Positions 26,358 through 32,000 of a stretch of DNA of 32,000 nucleotides are shown here, piece after piece. A model generated the notes under the pieces. That model had not been told where the DNA came from. It ran no database searches and was given only the letters and a program-made list of their open reading frames with translations. Both the position numbers and the translations under genes were made by a program. The stretch lies in contig JBHLRO010000008.1 in NCBI GenBank assembly GCA_048882505.1, positions 108,144-140,143 on the forward strand. The letters are read 5' to 3'. Source of the DNA: Candidatus Thorarchaeota archaeon (GTDB taxonomy: Archaea > Asgardarchaeota > Heimdallarchaeia > Hodarchaeales > Hodarchaeaceae). The first letter of the stretch is position 1. Each line of letters starts with the position of its first letter.

Positions 26358-26948
26358 TTAGCGACGACTTTTTGGCTTCCAGTGTTCTAGATACTCAGCC
26401 CATTCAGGGAGAGACATTACAAGGTCATAAAGTTTCTGTGCTAAAGTTCTGATTTCCCACTGAGCGCCTCTTTGAAGCCTTTGTTCCAAAAACCATATCA
26501 AGGATGACATATTAAATGTCCAAGTAAGTATCGTTTTGCATGCGTTTGATAAACAAAAACGTGCATCTTCTTTGTCAATTCCTTTATCACGATAAGCACG
26601 ATACTCAGCTGCCTCTTCCTCCCGTGCTTTTGTAAATATTTGTTTTAACTCGGGATCTTGGGCAATCTTGGGTGGCATTATATACCAATCTGGATCATTC
26701 AGAGGATCAAAATACCTTTGAGACTCCTGAGTAAAGGTTACTCCGATCCTTTGTCTTACCAATTGATGAGAACAGGCCCTACTGATTCCACGGATCTTGA
26801 CAGTCATTGAGCTATGTTCTAGGACGCTCCAATGGCCCCAGCTGAATAGTTTTTGCGGTATATCATCGATGTGGTCACGACGACGGGACGTTTTCATTGC
26901 CTCTTCGATTCCTTTTGTTGAGGTGTATTGAATCAGTTCAATTTGCAT
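26358..26948 (-). CDS. thyX: Flavin-dependent thymidylate synthase
   Basis: GHWSVLEH, ISRACSHQLVRQR...TQESQRY, EDARFCL, QRGAQWEIR. The RHR motif is present as RQR. Confidence 0.9.
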   Translation of the reverse strand: MQIELIQYTSTKGIEEAMKTSRRRDHIDDIPQKLFSWGHWSVLEHSSMTVKIRGISRACSHQLVRQRIGVTFTQESQRYFDPLNDPDWYIMPPKIAQDPELKQIFTKAREEEAAEYRAYRDKGIDKEDARFCLSNACKTILTWTFNMSSLIWFLEQRLQRGAQWEIRTLAQKLYDLVMSLPEWAEYLEHWKPKSRR

Positions 26949-27001
26949 ACAGTATCTCCAATTAAAAGTTCCTGATATAATTTTAGATCAGCTAAAGGAT
27001 T

Positions 27002-27718
27002 TTATTTTAACTTTTCTAGGGGGACACGGATATCTTGATATCTAAAGGATAAGATATGTCGAGTTGTCTTCGGAGCAAAAAGATCCCGATTTTTTGTGAT
27101 TTTGATGACATCCTCCTTTGAAAGCGCTCTTCGGAGAAGGACGAATCTTCCTTTTCCCTTTTTGACCGCCTTAACCGCATAATCTATTGTTTTGACATAG
27201 TTTATGGTATTTGGGTCGCATTGATGTAAAAAATTATTGTAAATGGCTTTTTGATCTCCAAACAGCTGAAAGAATTTGGTTTGAGTAGCTAAGATAAACC
27301 CCACTTCGGGTTCCAATAGCAGAGAAGGATCAAAGTCTGAGATCTCCTTCCATTCAATATTTTCTCCCGCAAAACCTTCCAAAAGAGCATTATTCTCAAT
27401 GTTATTTCCTTTGTACATGGGGTACCAAGTACCCAAAGCAACCTTATCGGTTTTTAGATAATTAGGAATCTGAATACACGGGATTTTTCGGTAACCTAGT
27501 TCCTGTAGAGCGGCGACCCTGTGATGTCCATCTAAGATAACGTTATAACCCTTTGCAACGACAATCGGCCTTATGAATAGCTTTGTTTTGGTTAAACTAT
27601 CCTTCAGGAAGTTGACATGGCTGTCAACTATTTGTTCATGAGGGAGGAGTTTATCAAGCCGTAACAAGACTATCCGTTGTTTGACTAGAGGTTGTTTGTG
27701 TGAGAAAGTCGATTTCAT
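27002..27718 (-). CDS. serK: Free L-serine kinase SerK homolog (ParB/Srx fold)
   Basis: LLPHEQ, RPIVVAK, ILDGHHR, TWYP.YKG and LFAPKTTRH.L match the blocks I recall from Thermococcus kodakarensis SerK (PHEQ, DGHHR, TWYP.FKG, FSPKTTRH). Confidence 0.75.
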   Translation of the reverse strand: MKSTFSHKQPLVKQRIVLLRLDKLLPHEQIVDSHVNFLKDSLTKTKLFIRPIVVAKGYNVILDGHHRVAALQELGYRKIPCIQIPNYLKTDKVALGTWYPMYKGNNIENNALLEGFAGENIEWKEISDFDPSLLLEPEVGFILATQTKFFQLFGDQKAIYNNFLHQCDPNTINYVKTIDYAVKAVKKGKGRFVLLRRALSKEDVIKITKNRDLFAPKTTRHILSFRYQDIRVPLEKLK

Positions 27719-27753
27719 AGACCCACAAACTCAAACACGACTTTGGTATTGAA

Positions 27754-27761
27754 TTTATAAA
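27754..27761 (-). promoter_or_regulatory. Putative TATA box upstream of serK
   Basis: TTTATAAA about 36 nt upstream of ATG 27718. Confidence 0.35.
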
Positions 27762-27857
27762 AAATGCTAGACCATTCCATTGAATAACTAGTTCGCGTAG
27801 GATGATTGACATAGCCTTGCTTTGAATGATTCTCCAATTAAACTGGGGGAGGATTGG

Positions 27858-28652
27858 TTACTTTTGCCGTGAGCTCATGAATGGATTACGGATGAATTTG
27901 TTCAAGGCTTGGGAGAAATTGAGGCATCCCACCAAGAAATCCGCATTTTTCATTTTCTGACTTCCCATTCTCCACTTCTTTGCTTCATAAACGGTATCTA
28001 CTCCACCATCGAAATCCATCTTGTTTCCAATAATCATTTCAAACTTTTCAGGGACTTCGGAACGTACCAAATTAAAAACTCCCTGTGCAGCAAGAGCTGA
28101 ATGTGCCATATCAAGGATTATTTCCGCAAATTCATAGGTCAGTTGATGGTCCCCGAAGACCGTTCTATGTAAAAAACCCGATTTAATGCTTTCTAATCCT
28201 TGAGCTATTGAGGTCTTGGCGCATCGGTTTAGCATCTTCTCTGAATACGATGTATCCGCAAGAACATTTTTCCCTAGGAGTACCTCACCTTGGGAGGAGC
28301 AAGAAATCGCATGTATGGGTGAAAACACCATGCCCTGGGAAACTGGGAGGTCTTGAAATTCTAATAGTGTGAGATCAAGGATGGGAGCGTATACAGGATG
28401 TACGAAAAACACAGATAACGCCTCACCAATCTTTGCAAGACGACGTGTGTGTTTTTCTGGATTTATGTCCTCAAGATCAACCACAAGTACCAGATCGAGG
28501 TCACTTGTGCCTGGTATAATCCAACCTGGGCCACTGGTCTGTTCTTTCTGATAAGAACCAAAAACAGACAATTGTCTTACGTATTGGAGAAGTTCATCTT
28601 CAACGGCGCTCACAAACTCTTGGAGAAGGTTCTGGTACTCTTCTTGCCACAT
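27858..28652 (-). CDS. Pol-beta superfamily nucleotidyltransferase fused to a helical (KNTase/HEPN-like) C-terminal domain
   Basis: LSVFGSY...SDLDLVLVV plus a third acidic strand (LDLTLL), then an all-helical C-terminus. A GGTGA RBS precedes ATG 28652. Confidence 0.75.
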   Translation of the reverse strand: MWQEEYQNLLQEFVSAVEDELLQYVRQLSVFGSYQKEQTSGPGWIIPGTSDLDLVLVVDLEDINPEKHTRRLAKIGEALSVFFVHPVYAPILDLTLLEFQDLPVSQGMVFSPIHAISCSSQGEVLLGKNVLADTSYSEKMLNRCAKTSIAQGLESIKSGFLHRTVFGDHQLTYEFAEIILDMAHSALAAQGVFNLVRSEVPEKFEMIIGNKMDFDGGVDTVYEAKKWRMGSQKMKNADFLVGCLNFSQALNKFIRNPFMSSRQK

Positions 28653-28757
28653 TATGGTCACCTTATTAAACACCAAGAGAAGATGAGTTTTGTTTTGAAA
28701 GTTTTTCGGAATTTCTTCCCACTTATAAGAGTCCCTGCCGTGGAGTGGAAGAGAAGA

Positions 28758-29264
28758 TTACCCGTACATATTTGTTTTTCCATCTTCTTTAACAAGGCGC
28801 TTGTATTTTGAATCTAATCTTTCCTGTGCCTTTGTTAGAATGGGAATCGGCGATTGGGCCGAAGTGTGCCCCCCTAAGTTAAGAAAATCGATTCCTCGAC
28901 TCTTTTCCCCTTGCAGAGCTTTTAGAAAGATCCGTTCAAATGGAATCCCTTCCATCATGGTATTTTGCAGTTCTCGAAAATTTAAGTTTATGATTCCAAG
29001 ATTCCCTCTAGTTTTTCGATCCTCCAAAAGCTGCAGAAATCTCTCGTCAACGTCTCGGGATAATTTCGTCCCTAATCCTTGAATATTCAACGGATTTTTT
29101 TCGTAAGCTCTTAATTGATAAGTTGGCCCAAGCGTGGGATGAAATATCAAGAGATCTGATCCGGATCGATCCAGAGTGGGAGCAGCGAGAGCTTTCCACT
29201 CACCAGGTGTCTTCTTGCCTTCTCTCAGTATCTCTTTTAGAATAACATTGATGTTTTTGACCAT
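28758..29264 (-). CDS. Conserved archaeal hypothetical protein
   Basis: W.A.A...DL..FHP..G..YQL..YEKNP...QG.G resembles an uncharacterised archaeal family I recall; function unknown. Confidence 0.6.
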   Translation of the reverse strand: MVKNINVILKEILREGKKTPGEWKALAAPTLDRSGSDLLIFHPTLGPTYQLRAYEKNPLNIQGLGTKLSRDVDERFLQLLEDRKTRGNLGIINLNFRELQNTMMEGIPFERIFLKALQGEKSRGIDFLNLGGHTSAQSPIPILTKAQERLDSKYKRLVKEDGKTNMYG

Positions 29265-29394
29265 CTTTTTCCAGCCTTTACTTCAATCCGCATATTCAAA
29301 TAAATTACTAAAGATAATGAGGGGTCAAATTTCGGAGATTTACTACTGGTTTGTTTTTCCTTTCATTTCTCTTGTCCAGCCAAGTGCTATTGAA

Positions 29395-29649
29395 TCAGCT
29401 TCCCCCGCCGATAGGGGGGAAAACCATAACGGTATCATCGATATGGAGCTTTCGATCTAATCTATCGATACGTTCTCCGTTTACCATCACAACCTTTGCC
29501 AAATTCCTAGGGATTTTGAGGAATTCCAGAAGATTTTCAACTGTGGCAGACTTATTCTCAAGATCCAAATCTATTATTTCGCCTTCACGAAGATTATCGG
29601 GCCCGAAGTCCCGAAGACTGGCAAAAAGTATTGCTTTTACCCTTGTCAT
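29395..29649 (-). CDS. MoaD/ThiS/SAMP-like ubiquitin-fold protein ending PPIGGGS
   Basis: VKAILFASLRD, TVENLL..LKI, VMVNGE and DTVMVFPPIGGG followed by one extra Ser before TGA. Confidence 0.9.
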   Translation of the reverse strand: MTRVKAILFASLRDFGPDNLREGEIIDLDLENKSATVENLLEFLKIPRNLAKVVMVNGERIDRLDRKLHIDDTVMVFPPIGGGS

Positions 29650-29664
29650 CTAGATAACGAGATC

Positions 29665-29904
29665 CTATAAATCGTCATCGTCCTCGAAACTTGATGTATC
29701 AAAGGCAAACGTATCTGGATCAATTTCAAAGAAATCCATTTCTAGTTTGTCGAAGAAAAGATCGATAAGGGCCTGTCTAACAATATCTGACTGCGAGGAG
29801 TAGTATCCAGCATCAGTTAATCTATCCATTACAAGAATGAAAGACCTAGGAACCTCTACCTCAATGGTCGACGTATTAGGACTTTCTTCATATTCTTCTG
29901 TCAT
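29665..29904 (-). CDS. CopG/Arc/MetJ-type ribbon-helix-helix regulator with acidic tail
   Basis: TIEVEVPRSFILVMDRLTDAGYYSSQSDIVRQALIDLF matches the archaeal RHH pattern (G.y.s.SeivR.Al). The start is ATG 29904 or GTG 29913. Confidence 0.8.
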   Translation of the reverse strand: MTEEYEESPNTSTIEVEVPRSFILVMDRLTDAGYYSSQSDIVRQALIDLFFDKLEMDFFEIDPDTFAFDTSSFEDDDDL

Positions 29905-29950
29905 TCTAATCACAATCCAATCCTTTCACTTGATATACATACCAATATCG

Positions 29951-30586
29951 CTAACCAAATAGCTTGATTAAAGTAAAGTCCTCGCTATGGGATTTGATCA
30001 GATTGCCAATGGAATTATGAAACTGATATTGTAGCAAATTTTCAAATCCTAATGGAGCCACAGAGAACTTTTCTTCAGGTTTCGCCTTGACTTCATCAAG
30101 AACGCTCAATAAAACTTTGCCAAAAGTTTCTTTTTCGCTCTTTGTTCTTTCTACAGCTAGCTGCTCCCCAGATTCTGAAATAAACCAAAATCTTGCTGTT
30201 ATTTGAGTATCATCAGAGGTTACTTCGATTTTCGGAAACTCCTCCGATAGATTTTGCAAACTGGATAAAGAAAATATGTCATCTCTGTCCCGAACGGGCT
30301 CGATGCCCGTTGGTGAACTGGTACCAGCATCTACCGAGGTTTCGGAGAGTGTTGGAGTTTCAACAAATTCTGCTTCTCCCAATAACGTGGAACAGTGCCT
30401 CAATAATGAAGTTACAGATACAGATATTTCCTCTAAAGCCTTTAAGATTCCAAGGACATTTTCATCTTGTATAACTGACTGAAGCTGCGTATACGCCTGA
30501 GTTGCTTCAGTTTCGTGCTTCTTGAGTTCTTCTATCATACTAGCGAAGTCTTGAGTCACTTCAAGCTCTTTTAATCGTTCTAGCAA
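29951..30586 (-). CDS. Hypothetical protein (N-terminal helical/coiled region, low-complexity linker, small C-terminal alpha/beta domain)
   Basis: 211-aa ORF with a GGAGGT RBS 8 nt before TTG 30586. Confidence 0.7.
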   Translation of the reverse strand: MLERLKELEVTQDFASMIEELKKHETEATQAYTQLQSVIQDENVLGILKALEEISVSVTSLLRHCSTLLGEAEFVETPTLSETSVDAGTSSPTGIEPVRDRDDIFSLSSLQNLSEEFPKIEVTSDDTQITARFWFISESGEQLAVERTKSEKETFGKVLLSVLDEVKAKPEEKFSVAPLGFENLLQYQFHNSIGNLIKSHSEDFTLIKLFG

Positions 30587-30843
30587 TATGGGATACCTCC
30601 ATAAGTAGAAATAAATTATTAAAGGAGAGATTTTCCTTTACAATCTGTCTTTCTAGATCCTTGCTCTAAAGTTATAATAACAATTCGAGAATTCGGGAAG
30701 CTATTAAAAAAATATACCGATTAATTGATCTGACAGCGTAACCTCAGAATTCCAAAGAGAAGTCTCACTTCCTTTTCTTACTACTGCGAAATCGTTTGAA
30801 AGGATCTGGATGAAGTTTCGATATGAGAAAATAGGGAAAGCTA

Positions 30844-32000
30844 ATGGAAGATACGAAGAAACCTAAAGAAGTAAGTAGGTTACCATTTGATTCAGTGTTT
30901 CTAGATAAAATACCAGCAGGGATTGTTGTTTTACATAAACGCAGACCAGTTTTTCTCAATAGGAAAGCACGAAAGGATTTCGGATCATCAGTTATTTCTC
31001 CATCTCTTGAAATATTTCTAGAGCTTCTGAATCCTTCTGAAATACAAAGATTTTTAGAACTAATAGATTCCCCAGAGCCATTGCCCGAATTATCCGAATG
31101 GAAGGCCCGATATACTGATGGAACTCCAACTTGGGTACAATTGAGGACAGCAAATCTTGACAACAATGGAACTTGGGAAATCGTGATAATAAGGGATATT
31201 GGCAAGACGAAAAGACACCTGACAGCTTTAGAAAGCGAAAAAGAACAGTTCAAGTTTCTAATAGATAATGCCCCCAACTTCCTTTTCATCGTCAAGAATG
31301 GAGTCATTGACTACTATAATCACGCGTTCTTGGATAAACTAGATTATCAGCGAGCCGAATTCGATAAGTATCTTAGCATGCCAACATTCTTCATAGCCCC
31401 TGAACATCGTCAAAAGATTGCACGATTGATCCTAGAAAGTAAAAGGATACAAATTACATTACCAGAAACTCCGAATATACCAAATTCTGAACCGATCCTG
31501 GAAAATCCAACAGAGTTTGATTTAATGAAAAAAGATGGCACTAGGCTTCCCGTCTATGCAACCTTTAAGAGGAGTCACACAGAATCGGACTCAATTATCC
31601 TCGGAGTACTGACAGATGTTTCGAATATCCGCTTACTAAATGATATGAAGTTTGATTTCCTAACGTTAACCCAACATGAATTTCGTGCTCCTCTCACCAC
31701 ATTGAAGGCCAACTTTGACTTTTACGTTAAGAAAATTGAACATGGACTTCAAGGTCCGGAGAAAGAATCATTAGAAAATCGAATGTTGGATATTTTTAAA
31801 CGAAATCTTAATAGAATGATGGATCTAATTGAGGATTTGAATTCAGGTATCGCACTAAGATATAAGGGAAAGATTCGATGTCACCTTAGGGGAGAAAATT
31901 TCATACCATTACTACAGAGAAGCATCGACGAAATCCAACATCTTTTGCGAGGGAGGATCTCAGCAACTGTCATTATACCAAGTACACCCCTTTTAGTAAA
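30844..32000 (+). CDS. PAS-PAS-HisKA sensor histidine kinase, 3'-truncated by window edge (absent from ORF track)
   Basis: Translated by hand from ATG 30844, open to the end of the window: MEDTKKPKE..FLDKIPAGIVVL (PAS1), FKFLIDNAPNFLFIV (PAS2), H-box FLTLTQHEFRAPLTTLKA, then a DHp helix RNLNRMMDLIEDL. Confidence 0.9.
   Translation, partial: MEDTKKPKEVSRLPFDSVFLDKIPAGIVVLHKRRPVFLNRKARKDFGSSVISPSLEIFLELLNPSEIQRFLELIDSPEPLPELSEWKARYTDGTPTWVQLRTANLDNNGTWEIVIIRDIGKTKRHLTALESEKEQFKFLIDNAPNFLFIVKNGVIDYYNHAFLDKLDYQRAEFDKYLSMPTFFIAPEHRQKIARLILESKRIQITLPETPNIPNSEPILENPTEFDLMKKDGTRLPVYATFKRSHTESDSIILGVLTDVSNIRLLNDMKFDFLTLTQHEFRAPLTTLKANFDFYVKKIEHGLQGPEKESLENRMLDIFKRNLNRMMDLIEDLNSGIALRYKGKIRCHLRGENFIPLLQRSIDEIQHLLRGRISATVIIPSTPLLV

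Noticed and set aside
27002-27718. ParB chromosome-partition protein
   Set aside because: No HTH or neighbouring ParA; the TWYP and PKTTRH blocks fit SerK instead.
421-30482. Remaining short (60-125 aa) ORFs in the track overlapping larger genes, e.g. 421-732, 4922-5533, 11785-12372, 15211-15549, 28369-29082, 29176-29653
   Set aside because: They overlap well-supported genes on the opposite strand or in another frame and show no motifs.
30765-31307. 180-aa minus-strand ORF
   Set aside because: Antisense shadow of the plus-strand PAS histidine kinase, which has a clear H-box.
1-32000. Mobile element, prophage or defence island signature
   Set aside because: No transposase, integrase, terminal inverted repeats with target duplication, or viral genes were recognised; the MTases are interspersed with core metabolic genes.

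Overview
This is a gene-dense archaeal chromosomal segment. It has GGTGA/GGAGGT ribosome-binding sites, TTTATAAA boxes, F420-dependent NpdG and SerK. The putative longin-fold proteins, multi-PAS signalling and many orphan coiled-coil genes point to an Asgard archaeon, possibly Heimdall/Hod-like (inference; no database search was possible). Recognisable housekeeping genes are npdG, a phosphomannomutase, a class I/II aminotransferase, pyrG, an M32 carboxypeptidase, a DSD1-like PLP enzyme, thyX, a serK homolog, a MoaD/SAMP-like ubiquitin-fold protein, an RHH regulator and a PAS histidine kinase cut by the right edge. The most interesting element is a tightly linked pair of paralogous genes (11460-13551). 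Each appears to carry two longin-like domains and ends in a basic amphipathic, MinD-MTS-like tail. The pair is a candidate membrane-bound heterodimer resembling eukaryotic multi-longin Rab-GEF complexes such as Mon1-Ccz1. Other oddities are three DNA amino-methyltransferases with no visible restriction enzyme (one with NPPH instead of NPPY, one with a C-terminal HhH domain), a four-zinc-ribbon protein fused to an apparently dead M50-like membrane protease, a kinase with its P-loop at the C-terminus, a ubiquitin-like protein whose GG is masked by one Ser, and ThyX with RQR instead of RHR. I found no rRNA, tRNA, CRISPR array or transposase. All domain calls come from motifs read by eye.
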